Assembly: GCF_009914755.1 (NCBI RefSeq)
Contig: NC_060940.1
Direction: 5' to 3' (one strand)
Length of the DNA stretch: 64,000 nt
Source of the DNA: the human T2T-CHM13v2.0 reference genome, Homo sapiens
In this document: positions 30,540-46,600 of the stretch, one piece after another
Position numbering within the stretch: the first letter of the stretch is position 1
Layout: each line of letters starts with the position of its first letter
The notes under the pieces: generated by a model
What the model was told of the DNA's origin: nothing
Database searches by the model: none
The model's input: the letters and a program-made list of their open reading frames with translations, nothing else
Made by a program: the position numbers and the translations under genes

Positions 30540-33500
30540 TCGATGAGGATTCCATTCGATTCAATTCATTGGTGATTCTATTCAATTCAATTCTTTGATT
30601 CCATTCCATTCCATTCGACAATGATTCCATTCGATTTCTTTCGATGATTCCACTCGATTCCACTTGACATTGATTCCATTCGATTCCATTCAATGATTCC
30701 ATTTGATTCCAGTGGATGATGATTGCCATCGATTCCATTCGATCACTCCATTCTATTCCATTTGATGATGATTACATTCGATTCCATTTGATGATTCCAT
30801 CTGATTCTATTCGAGGATTCCATTTGATTCCATTCGATGATGATTCCATTCGAGTCCATTCGATGATTTCATTCGAGTACATCCAATGATTCCATTCGAG
30901 TCCATTAGATGATTCCATTTGATTCCATTTGAAAATGATTCTACTAGAGTCCATTCAATGACTCCATTCGAGTCCATTCAACAATTCCATTCGACTCCAT
31001 TCGATGATTCCATTCGATTCCATTTGATGGTTCCATTCGAGTCCATTTCATCATTACAGTCGAGTCCATTTGGTGATTCCACTGGATTTCTTTTGATAAT
31101 GATACCATTCAATTACATTTGATGATGATCCCATTCAATTTCATTTGATGATGATTCCATTAGAGTCCATTCCATGATTTCATTCGAGTCCCTTCATTGA
31201 TTCCAACCGATTTCATTGGATGATGACTCCATTCGAGTCCATTCGATGATTCCACTTGATTCCATTAGATGATTCCATTGGAGTCCATTTGATTGTTCCA
31301 TTCGATTCCATTCGATTCCTTTCGAAGATTTTTCCATTTGAGTCCATTCGATGATGATTCCATTCCATTCCATTCGATGATTCCGTTTGATTCCATTCGA
31401 TGATTCCCTTCGATTCCTTTCTTTGATGATTCCATTCCATTCCATTCAATGATTCCATTCGAATCTATTCCATGATGATTCCTTTCGATTCCATTCGCTG
31501 ATGTTTCCGTTCAATTCCATTCGATGATGATTCCATTCGATTCCATTCATTGAGGATTCCATTTGATTCCATTCAATGATGATTCCATTCTATTCCATTC
31601 AATGATTGCATTCAATTCCATTCAATGATTATCCCATTAGAGTAAACTCAACGATTCCATTCAATACCATTCGATGATGATTCCTTTTGAGTCCATTCAA
31701 TGATTTCATTCAAGTCCATTTGATGATTCCTTTCAATTCCATTCTATGATGATTCCATTCGAGTCCATTCGATGATTCCATTCGATTGCATTCGATGATT
31801 CCATTATATTCCATTCAACGATGATTCCATTCGAGTCCATTCGATGATTCCATTAGAGTACATTTAATGATTGCTTTGTTTTCAATTCGAAGATGATTAC
31901 ATTCGATTCCATTCTATGATACCATTCGATTCCATTCAATGATGATTCCACTCAAATCCATTGGATGATTCCATTCGTGTCCATTCGGTGATTTCATTAG
32001 ATTCCATTCGAGGATGATTCCATTCGATTCCATTCGATGATTCCATTGAATTCCATTCGATGATGATTCCATTCCAGTCCATATGATCATTCCATTTGAT
32101 TTCATTCGATGATGATTCCATTCGATTCCATTCGATGATTCCATTCTATTCCATTCGATGATGATTCCATTCGAGTCCATTCGATGATTCCATTCGAGTC
32201 CATTTAATGATTCCATTGGGTTCAATTCAATGATGATTACATTGGATTCCGTTCTATGATTCCATTCAATTCCGTTCATTGACAATTTGATTCCATTCGA
32301 TGATGATTCCATTTGAGTTCATTCGATGATTCTATTCGATTCTCTTCGATGGTGATTCAATTCTATTTTATTGGATGATTCCATTCGATTCCATTTGATG
32401 TTGATTCAATTCGATTCTATTCGATGATGATTCCATTGGATTTCACTTGATGATTCTATTCGATTCCATTCAATGATGATTCACTTCTCGTCCATTGGAT
32501 GATTCCATTTCATTCCATTCGATGATGATTCCATTCGATTCCATTCGATGATTCCATTTGATTCCATGCGACGGTGAGCAATTCGATTCAATTCCATGAT
32601 GATTCTATTTGATTCAATTAGATGATGTTTCCATTCGAATCCATTCCATGATTATTCCATTGGAATCCATTCAGCGATGATTCCATATGAGTCAATTCAA
32701 TGATGATTCCTTATGGGTCCGTTCGATGATAATTCCATTTGATTTCATTCGATGCTTCTATTCTATTCCAGTCGATGATGATTCCGTTGGAGTCCATACG
32801 ATGATTCCATTTGATTTCATTTGATGATGATTCCATTCGATGATGATTACATTGGATTCCATTCTATGATTCCATTCAATTCCATTCGTTGATGATTCGA
32901 TTCCATTCAATGATGATTCCATTTGAGTTCATTCGATGATTCTATTCGATTCCGTTCGATGGTGATTCAATTCTCTTATATTGGATGATTCCAGTCGATT
33001 CCATTTGATGATTATTCCATTGGAGTCCACTTAGTGAATCCTTTGGATTCTACTCGACGATGATTCCATTCGAGTCCATTCGATGATACCATTCAATTCC
33101 ATTCGTTGATGCTTCCATTCAAGTGCATTCGATGATATCATTCGATTCCATTTGATGATAATTCCATTTGATTCCATGCGATGATTCTATTCGATTCCAT
33201 TCAATGATAATTCCATTCAGTTCAGTGATTCCTCTGGACTCCATTTGATGATGATTCCATTCAATGATTCCATTCGATTCTATTCGAAAATGATTCCATT
33301 TGAATCCATTTGATGATGATTCCATTAGATTCCATTTGATGATTCCATTCGATTCCATTCGACGATGATTCCATTCGATGTTATTCGATGATTCCATTCG
33401 ATCTCATTCGATGATGATTCCATTCAACTCCATTCGATGTTTCCATTCGAGTTCATTCTATTATTCCATTAGATTCCATTCGATGATGATTCCATTCGAT

Positions 33501-34539
33501 TCCATTTGATGATTGCATTCTATTTCATTTGATGATGATTCCATTCGAGTCCACTCGATGATTCCATTCGAGTCCATTTAATGAATCCATTGGTTTCAAT
33601 TCTATGATGATTACATTGGATTCCATTCGTTGATGATTTCATTCGGTTCCATTCAATGATGATTCCATTCAATTCCTTTCAATGTTTCCATTCAATTCCA
33701 TACGATGATGATTCCATTTGATTTGATTCGACAGTGAGCCATTCGATTCAATTGCATGATGATTCTATTTGATTCAATTGGTTGACATTTCCATTCGATT
33801 CCATTCGATGATGATTCCCTTTGATTCCATTCAAAGATGATTCCATTCTAGCCCATTCAATCATTCCATTCGATTCTATTCAATGATGATTCCATTCATG
33901 TCGATTTGGTGATTCCATTTGACTTCATTTGATGATGATTCCTTTCAAGTTCATTAGATGATTCCATTCGATTCCATTTGATGATGATCCCATTCGAGTC
34001 CATTCAGTGATTCCATTCGTTTCCATTCCATGATGATTCCATTCCTTTCCATTCAATGATTCCATTCAATTCCGTTTGATGATGATTTCATTCGAGTACA
34101 TTTGATGATTCCATTTGATTCCATTCGATGATGATTCCATTCGAGTCCATTCGATGATTCTATTCGAATCCATTTGATGATTTCTTTTGATTATATTTGG
34201 TGATGATTCCATTGGAGTCCATTCAATGATTCCATTCTATTCCAATCGATGATGATTCCATTAGAGTCCATTTAATGTTTCCAATTGATTCCAGTCTCTG
34301 ATGATTACATTCGAGTCCATACGATGATTCCACTCAATTCCATATGATGATGATTCCATTTGATTCCATTCGGTGATTCCATTCTATTCTATTCAATGGT
34401 GATTCCATTCGAGTACATTAGATGATTCCATTCGATTCCATTCAATGATGATTCTATTTGTGTCCCTTAGATGATTCCACATGATTCCATTAGATGATGA
34501 TACTATTTGAGCCCATCCAATGATTCCCTTCGATTCCAT
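30540..34539 (+). repeat. HOR unit U6 (4000 bp; lacks 2112 bp, junction 33354-33379)
   Basis: ORF offset is 4000 (30772 to 34772). The CCGGTAGGG and CCACAGG markers are absent, and the sequence jumps from unit position ~2840 to ~4952. Confidence 0.95.
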
Positions 34540-37500
34540 TCGATGAGGATTCCATTCGATTCAATTCATTGGTGATTCTATTCAATTCAATTCTTTGATT
34601 CCATTCCATTCCATTCGACAATGATTCCATTCGATTTCTTTCGATGATTCCACTCGATTCCACTTGACATTGATTCCATTCGATTCCATTCAATGATTCC
34701 ATTTGATTCCAGTGGATGATGATTGCCATCGATTCCATTCGATCACTCCATTCTATTCCATTTGATGATGATTACATTCGATTCCATTTGATGATTCCAT
34801 CTGATTCTATTCGAGGATTCCATTTGATTCCATTCGATGATGATTCCATTCGAGTCCATTCGATGATTTCATTCGAGTACATCCAATGATTCCATTCGAG
34901 TCCATTAGATGATTCCATTTGATTCCATTTGAAAATGACTCTACTAGAGTCCATTCAATGACTCCATTCGAGTCCATTCAACAATTCCATTCGGCTCCAT
35001 TCCATGATTCCATTCGATTCCATTTGATGGTTCCATTCGAGTCCATTTAATCATTACAGTAGAGTCCATTTGGTGATTCCACTGGATTTCTTTTGATAAT
35101 GATACCATTCAATTACATTTGATGATGATCCCATTCAATTTCATTTGATGATGATTCCATTAGAGTCCATTCGATGATTTCATTCGAGTCCCTTCATTGA
35201 TTCCATCCGATTTCATTGGATGATGACTCCATTCGAGTCCATTCGATGATTCCACTCGATTCCATTAGATGATTCCATTGGAGTCCATTTGATTGTTCCA
35301 TTCGATTCCATTCGATTCCTTTCGAAGATTATTCCATTTGAGTCCATTCGATGATGATTCCATTCCATTCCATTCGATGATTCCGTTTGATTCCATTCGA
35401 TGATTCCCTTCGATTCCTTTCTTTGATGATTCCATTCCATTCCATTCAATGATTCCATTCGAATCTATTCCATGATGATTCCTTTCGATTCCATTCGCTG
35501 ATGTTTCCGTTCAATTCCATTCGATGATGATTCCGTTCGATTCCATTCATTGAGGATTCCATTTGATTCCATTCAATGATGATTCCATTCTATTCCATTC
35601 AATGATTGCATTCAATTCCATTCAATGATTATCCCATTAGAGTAAACTCAACGATTCCATTCAATACCATTCGATGATGATTCCTTTTGAGTCCATTCAA
35701 TGATTTCATTCAAGTCCATTTGATGATTCCTTTCAATTCCATTCTATGATGATTCCATTCGAGTCCATTCGATGATTCCATTCGATTGCATTCGATGATT
35801 CCATTATATTCCATTCAACGGTGATTCCATTCGAGTCCATTCGATGATTCCATTAGAGTACATTTAATGATTGCTTTGTTTTCAATTCGAAGATGATTAC
35901 ATTGGATTCCATTCTATGATACCATTCGATTCCATTCAATGATGATTCCACTCAAATCCATTGGATGATTCCATTCGTGTCCATTCGGTGATTTCATTAG
36001 ATTCCATTCGAGGATGATTCCATTCGATTCCATTCGATGATTCCATTCAATTCCATTCGATGATGATTCCATTCCAGTCCATATGATCATTCCATTTGAT
36101 TTCATTTGATGATGATTCCATTCGATTCCATTCGACGATTCCATTCTATTCCATTCGATGATGATTCCATTCGAGTCCATTCGATCATTCCATTCGAGTC
36201 CATTTAATGATTCCATTGGGTTCAATTCAATGATGATTACATTGGATTCCGTTCTATGATTCCATTCAATTCCGTTCATTGACAATTTGATTCCATTCGA
36301 TGATGATTCCATTTGAGTTCATTCGATGATTCTATTCGATTCTCTTCGATGGTGATTCAATTCTATTATATTGGATGATTCCATTCGATTCCATTTGATG
36401 TTGATTCAATTCGATTCTATTCGATGATGATTCCATTGGATTTCACTTGATGATTCTATTCGATTCCATTCAATGATGATTCACTTCTCGTCCATTGGAT
36501 GATTCCATTTCATTCCATTCGATGATGATTCCATTCGATTCCATTCGATGATTCCATTTGATTCCATGCGACGGTGAGCAATTCGATTCAATTCCATGAT
36601 GATTCTATTTGATTCAATTAGATGATGTTTCCATTCGAATCCATTCCATGATTATTCCATTGGAATCCATTCGGCGATGATTCCATATGAGTCAATTCAA
36701 TGATGATTCCATATGGGTCCGTTCGATGATAATTCCATTTGATTTCATTCGATGCTTCTATTCTATTCCAGTCGATGATGATTCCGTTGGAGTCCATACG
36801 ATGATTCCATTTGATTTCATTTGATGATGATTCCATTCGATGATGATTACATTGGATTCCATTCTATGATTCCATTCAATTCCATTCGTTGATGATTCGA
36901 TTCCATTCAATGATGATTCCATTTGAGTTCATTCGATGATTCTATTCGATTCCGTTCGATGGTGATTCAATTCTATTATATTGGATGATTCCACTCGATT
37001 CCATTTGATGATTATTCCATTGGAGTCCACTTAGTGCATCCTTTAGATTCTACTTGACGATGATTCCATTCGAGTCCATTCGATGATACCATTCAATTCC
37101 ATTCGTTGATGCTTCCATTCAAGTGCATTCGATGATATCATTCGATTCCATTTGATGATAATTCCATTTGATTCCATGCGATGATTCTATTCGATTCCAT
37201 TCAATGATAATTCCATTCAATTCAGTGATTCCTCTGGACTCCATTTGATGATGATTCCATTCAATGATTCCATTCGATTCTATTCGAAAATGATTCCATT
37301 TGAATCCATTTGATGATGATTCCATTAGATTCCATTTGATGATTCCATTCGATTCCATTCGACGATGATTCCATTCGATTCCGTTTGATGATTCCATTCT
37401 ATTCTATTCGATGATGATTCCATTCGATTCCATTCGATGATGATTGGATTCGATTCCATTTGATGATTTCATTTGATTCCATTCGTTAATGATTTCGATC

Positions 37501-40500
37501 AATTCCATTCGATGATTCCATTCGATTCCATTCGATAATGATTACATCCGAGTCCATTCGATGATTCCATTGGAGCCTGTTCGATAATTCCATTTGAGTC
37601 CAACCAATGATTCCACTCATTTCCATTCAATGATTCCATTCGAGTCCATTTGATCATTCCGGTAGGGTCCATTCGATGTTGATTCCATTGGAGTGCATTC
37701 GATGATTCCATTCGAGTCCATTTTAGGATTTGATTCGAGTCCTTTCGATGATTCCATTCGATTCCACTCGATGATGATTTCATTCGAGTCCATTCGACAC
37801 TTCCAATCGATTCCATTTGATGATTCCATTCGAGTCCAATTGATGATTCCATTCAATTCCATTCGATGATGATTCCGTACGATTCCATTCTGTGATGATT
37901 CCATGTGATTGCATTCAATGATGATTCCTTTCGATTGCATTCGATTATGATTCATTTCGTGTTCATTCTATGGTTCCACAGGTTTCCATTCGTGTCCATT
38001 CCATTATTCCATTCTATTCCATTTGATGATGATTCCATTCGATTCCATTCATTGGTGATTCCACTCAATTCCATTCAATGATTCCATTCCATTTCTTTCA
38101 ACAATGATTCCATTAGTTTCTAATCGATGATCCACTTGATTCCATTTGACGACGATTCCATTCTTGTCCATTCGATGATTCCATTTGATTCCATATGATG
38201 ATGATTCCATTCGATTCCATACCATGATGATTCCATTCGAGTCCATTCAATGGTGATTCCATTCAATTCCATTCGATGATTCCTTTCGATTCCATTCGAT
38301 GATGATGGCATTCGATTCCTTTCAATCATTCCCTTTGATTCCATTCAAAGGTGATTTCATTCAAGTCCATTCGATAATTGCATTCGATTCCATTCTATGA
38401 TGATTCCATTCGAGTCCATTTGATGATTCCATTCAATTCAAGTCAATGATGATTCCATTCGATTCCATTCGATGATTCCATTGGATTCCATTCGATGATG
38501 ATTCCATTCAAATCCATTCGATAATTCAATTCAAGTCCATTCGATGATGATTCCAATCGAATCCATTCAAAGATTCCATTCAGTTCCATTCGATGATTCC
38601 CTTAGATTCCATTCGATGATTCCACTTGATTGCATTTACGATGATTCCATTCGATTCCATGTGATGATTCCATTCAATTCTATTCAATGATGTCTCCATT
38701 TGATTCCATTCGACCATGATTGCCTTTGATTCCATTCAATGATTCCATTCGGTTCCGTTTGATGATGATTCCGTTCGATTCCATTTGATGATTCCATTTG
38801 ATTCCATTGGATGAGTCCATTCGATTACATTCGATGATTATTCCATTCGAGTGCATTAGATGATTCCATTCGAGTCCATTCGATGATTCCATTCGATTCC
38901 ATTCGATGTTGATTCTGTTCAAATCCATTCGATGATTCCACTCGATTCCATTCGTTGACTCCATTTGATCCCATTCGATGATTTCCTTTGATTCCCTTTG
39001 ATGATCATTCCATTTGATTCAATTCGGTGATTTCATTTGATTCCATTCAGTGATGTTTCCATTCGACTCCATTCGATGATGATTCCATTCGACTCCATTC
39101 GATTATGATTTCATTCAATTCCATTCGATAATGATTCCCTTCGAGTCCATTCGATGATTCCATTCGATTCCATTCAACGATGATTTGATTCGTGTCCATT
39201 CGATGATTCCATTTGATTCCACTTGATGATGATTCCATTCGAGTCCATTTGATGATTCCATTCAATTCCATACTCCGATGATTTCTTTTGAGCCCACTCA
39301 ATGCTTCCACTCGATTCCATATGATGATGACTCCATTCGATGAAATTCGATGATGATTCCATTCGCTTGCTTTCGATGATGATTCCACTTGAGTCCGTTA
39401 GAAGATTCTATTCAATTACATTCCAGGACGATTCCGTTCGAGTCCATTTGATGATTCCATTAGACTCCATTCGACGATGATTCCATTCGATGTTATTCGA
39501 TGATTCCATTCGATCTCATTCGATGATGATTCCATTCAACTCCATTCGATGTTTCCATTCGAGTTCATTCTATTATTCCATTAGATTCCATTCGATGATG
39601 ATTCCATTCGATTCCATTTGATGATTGCATTCTATTTCATTTGATGATGATTCCATTCGAGTCCACTCGATGATTCCATTCGAGTCCATTTAATGAATCC
39701 ATTGGTTTCAATTCTATGATGATTACATTGGATTCCATTCGTTGATGATTTCATTCGGTTCCATTCAATGATGATTCCATTCAATTCCTTTCAATGTTTC
39801 CATTCAATTCCATACGATGATGATTCCATTTGATTTGATTCGACAGTGAGCCATTCGATTCAATTCCATGATGATTCTATTTGATTCAATTGGTTGACAT
39901 TTCCATTCGATTCCATTCGATGATGATTCCCTTTGATTCCGTTCAAAGATGATTCCATTCTAGCCCATTCAATCATTCCATTCGATTCTATTCAATGATG
40001 ATTCCATTCATGTCGATTTGGTGATTCCATTTGACTTCATTTGATGATGATTCCTTTCAAGTTCATTAGATGATTCCATTCGATTCCATTTGATGATGAT
40101 CCCATTCGAGTCCATTCAGTGATTCCATTCGTTTCCATTCCATGATGATTCCATTCCTTTCCATTCAATGATTCCATTCGATTCCGTTTGATGATGATTT
40201 CATTCGAGTCCATTTGATGATTCCATTTGATTCCATTCGATGATGATTCCATTCGAGTCCATTCGATGATTCTATTCGAATCCATTTGATGATTTCTTTT
40301 GATTATATTTGGTGATGATTCCATTGGAGTCCATTCAATGATTCCATTCTATTCCAATCGATGATGATTCCATTAGAGTCCATTTAATGATTCCATTTGA
40401 TTCCAGTCTCTGATGATTACATTCGAGTCCATACGATGATTCCACTCAATTCCATATGATGATGATTCCATTTGATTCCATTCGGTGATTCCATTCTATT

Positions 40501-40651
40501 CTATTCAATGGTGATTCCATTCGAGTACATTAGATGATTCCATTCGATTCCATTCAATGATGATTCTATTTGTGTCCCTTAGATGATTCCACATGATTCC
40601 ATTAGATGATGATACTATTTGAGCCCATCCAATGATTCCCTTCGATTCCAT
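34540..40651 (+). repeat. HOR unit U7 (6112 bp; sister of U5)
   Basis: Phase markers; shares private variants with U5 (CCACTCATTTCC, GATTTCATTTGATG). Confidence 0.93.
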
Positions 40652-43600
40652 TCGATGAGGATTCCATTCGATTCAATTCATTGGTGATTCTATTCAATTC
40701 AATTCTTTGATTCCATTCCATTCCATTCGACAATGATTCCATTCGATTTCTTTCGATGATTCCACTCGATTCCACTTGACATTGATTCCATTCGATTCCA
40801 TTCAATGATTCCATTTGATTCCAGTGGATGATGATTGCCATCGATTCCATTCGATCACTCCATTCTATTCCATTTGATGATGATTACATTCGATTCCATT
40901 TGATGATTCCATCTGATTCTATTCGAGGATTCCATTTGATTCCATTCGATGATGATTCCATTCGAGTCCATTCGATGATTTCATTCGAGTACATCCAATG
41001 ATTCCATTCGAGTCCATTAGATGATTCCATTTGATTCCATTTGAAAATGATTCTACTAGAGTCCATTCAATGACTCCATTCGAGTCCATTCAACAATTCC
41101 ATTCGACTCCATTCGATGATTCCATTCGATTCCATTTGATGGTTCCATTCGAGTCCATTTCATCATTACAGTAGAGTCCATTTGGTGATTCCACTGGATT
41201 TCTTTTGATAATGATACCATTCAATTACATTTGATGATGATCCCATTCAATTTCATTTGATGATGATTCCATTAGAGTCCATTCCATGATTTCATTCGAC
41301 TCCCTTCATTGATTCCAACCGATTTCATTGGATGATGACTCCATTCGAGTCCATTCGATGATTCCACTCGATTCCATTAGATGATTCCATTGGAGTCCAT
41401 TTGATTGTTCCATTCGATTCCATTCGATTCCTTTCGAAGATTTTTCCATTTGAGTCCATTCGATGATGATTCCATTCCATTCCATTCGATGATTCCGTTT
41501 GATTCCATTCGATGATTCCCTTCGATTCCTTTCTTTGATGATTCCATTCCATTCCATTCAATGATTCCATTCGAATCTATTCCATGATGATTCCTTTCGA
41601 TTCCATTCGCTGATGTTTCCGTTCAATTCCATTCGATGATGATTCCATTCGATTCCATTCATTGAGGATTCCATTTGATTCCATTCAATGATGATTCCAT
41701 TCTATTCCATTCAATGATTGCATTCAATTCCATTCAATGATTATCCCATTAGAGTAAACTCAACGATTCCATTCAATACCATTCGATGATGATTCCTTTT
41801 GAGTCCATTCAATGATTTCATTCAAGTCCATTTGATGATTCCTTTCAATTCCATTCTATGATGATTCCATTCGAGTCCATTCGATGATTCCATTCGATTG
41901 CATTCGATGATTCCATTATATTCCATTCAACGATGATTCCATTCGAGTCCATTCGATGATTCCATTAGAGTACATTTAATGATTGCTTTGTTTTCAATTC
42001 GAAGATGATTACATTCGATTCCATTCTATGATACCATTCGATTCCATTCAATGATGATTCCACTCAAATCCATTGGATGATTCCATTCGTGTCCATTCGG
42101 TGATTTCATTAGATTCCATTCGAGGATGATTCCATTCGATTCCATTCGATGATTCCATTGAATTCCATTCGATGATGATTCCATTCCAGTCCATATGATC
42201 ATTCCATTTGATTTCATTCGATGATGATTCCATTCGATTCCATTCGATGATTCCATTCTATTCCATTCGATGATGATTCCATTCGAGTCCATTCGATGAT
42301 TCCATTCGAGTCCATTTAATGATTCCATTGGGTTCAATTCAATGATGATTACATTGGATTCCGTTCTATGATTCCATTCAATTCCGTTCATTGACAATTT
42401 GATTCCATTCGATGATGTTTCCATTTGAGTTCATTCGATGATTCTATTCGATTCTCTTCGATGGTGATTCAATTCTATTTTATTGGATGATTCCATTCGA
42501 TTCCATTTGATGTTGATTCAATTCGATTCTATTCGATGATGATTCCATTGGATTTCACTTGATGATTCTATTCGATTCCATTCAATGATGATTCACTTCT
42601 CGTCCATTGGATGATTCCATTTCATTCCATTCGATGATGATTCCATTCGATTCCATTCGATGATTCCATTTGATTCCATGCGACGGTGAGCAATTCGATT
42701 CAATTCCATGATGATTCTATTTGATTCAATTAGATGATGTTTCCATTCGAATCCATTCCATGATTATTCCATTGGAATCCATTCGGCGATGATTCCATAT
42801 GAGTCAATTCAATGATGATTCCTTATGGGTCCGTTCGATGATAATTCCATTTGATTTCATTCGATGCTTCTATTCTATTCCAGTCGATGATGATTCCGTT
42901 GGAGTCCATACGATGATTCCATTTGATTTCATTTGATGATGATTCCATTCGATGATGATTACATTGGATTCCATTCTATGATTCCATTCAATTCCATTCG
43001 TTGATGATTCGATTCCATTCAATGATGATTCCATTTGAGTTCATTCGATGATTCTATTCGATTCCGTTCGATGGTGATTCAATTCTCTTATATTGGATGA
43101 TTCCAGTCGATTCCATTTGATGATTATTCCATTGGAGTCCACTTAGTGAATCCTTTGGATTCTACTCGACGATGATTCCATTCGAGTCCATTCGATGATA
43201 CCATTCAATTCCATTCGTTGATGCTTCCATTCAAGTGCATTCGATGATATCATTCGATTCCATTTGATGATAATTCCATTTGATTCCATGCGATGATTCT
43301 ATTCGATTCCATTCAATGATAATTCCATTCAATTCAGTGATTCCTCTGGACTCCATTTGATGATGATTCCATTCAATGATTCCATTCGATTCTATTCGAA
43401 AATGATTCCATTTGAATCCATTTGATGATGATTCCATTAGATTCCATTTGATGATTCCATTCGATTCCATTCGACGATGATTCCATTCGATTCCGTTTGA
43501 TGATTCCATTCTATTCTATTCGATGATGATTCCATTCGATTCCATTCGATGATGATTGGATTCGATTCCATTTGATGATTTCATTTGATTCCATTCGTTA

Positions 43601-46600
43601 ATGATTTCGATCAATTCCATTCGATGATTCCATTCGATTCCATTCGATAATGATTACATCCGAGTCCATTCGATGATTCCATTGGAGCCTGTTCGATAAT
43701 TCCATTTGAGTCCAACCAATGATTCCATTCATTTCCATTCAATGATTCCATTCGAGTCCATTTGATCATTCCGGTAGGGTCCATTCGATGTTGATTCCAT
43801 TGGAGTGCATTCGATGATTCCATTCGAGTCCATTTTAGGATTTGATTCGAGTCCTTTCGATGATTCCATTCGATTCCACTCGATGATGATTTCATTCGAG
43901 TCCATTCGACACTTCCAATCGATTCCATTTGATGATTCCATTCGAGTCCAATTGATGATTCCATTCAATTCCATTCGATGATGATTCCGTACGATTCCAT
44001 TCTGTGATGATTCCATGTGATTGCATTCAATGATGATTCCTTTCGATTGCATTCGATTATGATTCATTTCGTGTTCATTCTATGGTTCCACAGGTTTCCA
44101 TTCGTGTCCATTCCATTATTCCATTCTATTCCATTTGATGATGATTCCATTCGATTCCATTCATTGGTGATTCCACTCAATTCCATTCAATGATTCCATT
44201 CCATTTCTTTCAACAATGATTCCATTAGTTTCTAATCGATGATCCACTTGATTCCATTTGACGACGATTCCATTCTTGTCCATTCGATGATTCCATTTGA
44301 TTCCATATGATGATGATTCCATTCGATTCCATACCATGATGATTCCATTCGAGTCCATTCAATGGTGATTCCATTCAATTCCATTCGATGATTCCTTTCG
44401 ATTCCATTCGATGATGATGGCATTCGATTCCTTTCAATCATTCCCTTTGATTCCATTCAAAGGTGATTTCATTCAAGTCCATTCGATAATTGCATTCGAT
44501 TCCATTCTATGATGATTCCATTCGAGTCCATTTGATGATTCCATTCAATTCAAGTCAATGATGATTCCATTCGATTCCATTCGATGATTCCATTGGATTC
44601 CATTCGATGATGATTCCATTCAAATCCATTCGATAATTCAATTCAAGTCCATTCGATGATGATTCCAATCGAATCCATTCAAAGATTCCATTCAGTTCCA
44701 TTCGATGATTCCCTTAGATTCCATTCGATGATTCCACTTGATTGCATTTACGATGATTCCATTCGATTCCATGTGATGATTCCATTCAATTCTATTCAAT
44801 GATGTCTCCATTTGATTCCATTCGACCATGATTGCCTTTGATTCCATTCAATGATTCCATTCGGTTCCGTTTGATGATGATTCCGTTCGATTCCATTTGA
44901 TGATTCCATTTGATTCCATTGGATGAGTCCATTCGATTACATTCGATGATTATTCCATTCGAGTGCATTAGATGATTCCATTCGAGTCCATTCGATGATT
45001 CCATTCGATTCCATTCGATGTTGATTCTGTTCAAATCCATTCGATGATTCCACTCGATTCCATTCGTTGACTCCATTTGATCCCATTCGATGATTTCCTT
45101 TGATTCCCTTTGATGATCATTCCATTTGATTCAATTCGGTGATTTCATTTGATTCCATTCAGTGATGTTTCCATTCGACTCCATTCGATGATGATTCCAT
45201 TCGACTCCATTCGATTATGATTTCATTCAATTCCATTCGATAATGATTCCCTTCGAGTCCATTCGATGATTCCATTCGATTCCATTCAACGATGATTTGA
45301 TTCGTGTCCATTCGATGATTCCATTTGATTCCACTTGATGATGATTCCATTCGAGTCCATTTGATGATTCCATTCAATTCCATACTCCGATGATTTCTTT
45401 TGAGCCCACTCAATGCTTCCACTCGATTCCATATGATGATGACTCCATTCGATGAAATTCGATGATGATTCCATTCGCTTGCTTTCGATGATGATTCCAC
45501 TTGAGTCCGTTAGAAGATTCTATTCAATTACATTCCAGGACGATTCCGTTCGAGTCTATTTGATGATTCCATTAGACTCCATTCGACGATGATTCCATTC
45601 GATGTTATTCGATGATTCCATTCGATCTCATTCGATGATGATTCCATTCAACTCCATTCGATGTTTCCATTCGAGTTCATTCTATTATTCCATTAGATTC
45701 CATTCGATGATGATTCCATTCGATTCCATTTGATGATTGCATTCTATTTCATTTAATGATGATTCCATTCGAGTCCACTCGATGATTCCATTCGAGTCCA
45801 TTTAATGAATCCATTGGTTTCAATTCTATGATGATTACTTTGGATTCCATTCGTTGATGATTTCATTCGGTTCCATTCAATGATGATTCCATTCAATTCC
45901 TTTCAATGTTTCCATTCAATTCCATACGATGATGATTCCATTTGATTTGATTCGACAGTGAGCCATTCGATTCAATTCCATGATGATTCTATTTGATTCA
46001 ATTGGTTGACATTTCCATTCGATTCCATTCGATGATGATTCCCTTTGATTCCATTCAAAGATGATTCCATTCTAGCCCATTCAATCATTCCATTCGATTC
46101 TATTCAATGATGATTCCATTCATGTCGATTTGGTGATTCCATTTGACTTCATTTGATGATGATTCCTTTCAAGTTCATTAGATGATTCTATTCGATTCCA
46201 TTTGATGATGATCCCATTCGAGTCCATTCAGTGATTCCATTCGTTTCCATTCCATGATGATTCCATTCCATTCCATTCAATGATTCCATTCGATTCCGTT
46301 TGATGATGATTTCATTCGAGTCCATTTGATGATTCCATTTGATTCCATTCGATGATGATTCCATTCGAGTCCATTCGATGATTCTACTCGAATCCACTTC
46401 ATGATTTCTTTTCATTATAGTTGGTGATGATTCCATTGGAGTCCATTCAATGATTCCATTCGATTCCAATCGATGGTGATTCCATTAGAGTCCATTTAAT
46501 GATTCCATTTGATTCCAGTCTCTGATGATTACATTCGAGTCTATACGATGATTCCACTCAATTCCGTATGATGATGATTCCATTCGATTCCATTCGATGA

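Noticed and set aside
30919-31122. Only plus-strand ORF (67 aa)
   Set aside because: It is opened by a single TAA>TCA variant (~31048) in satellite sequence and is closed in the other units.
30540-34539. Round 4000-bp unit length as a sign of artificial editing
   Set aside because: The junction lies in a natural 26-bp microhomology, and the flanking variant patterns fit a 10,112-bp duplication, so the round number is most likely coincidence.
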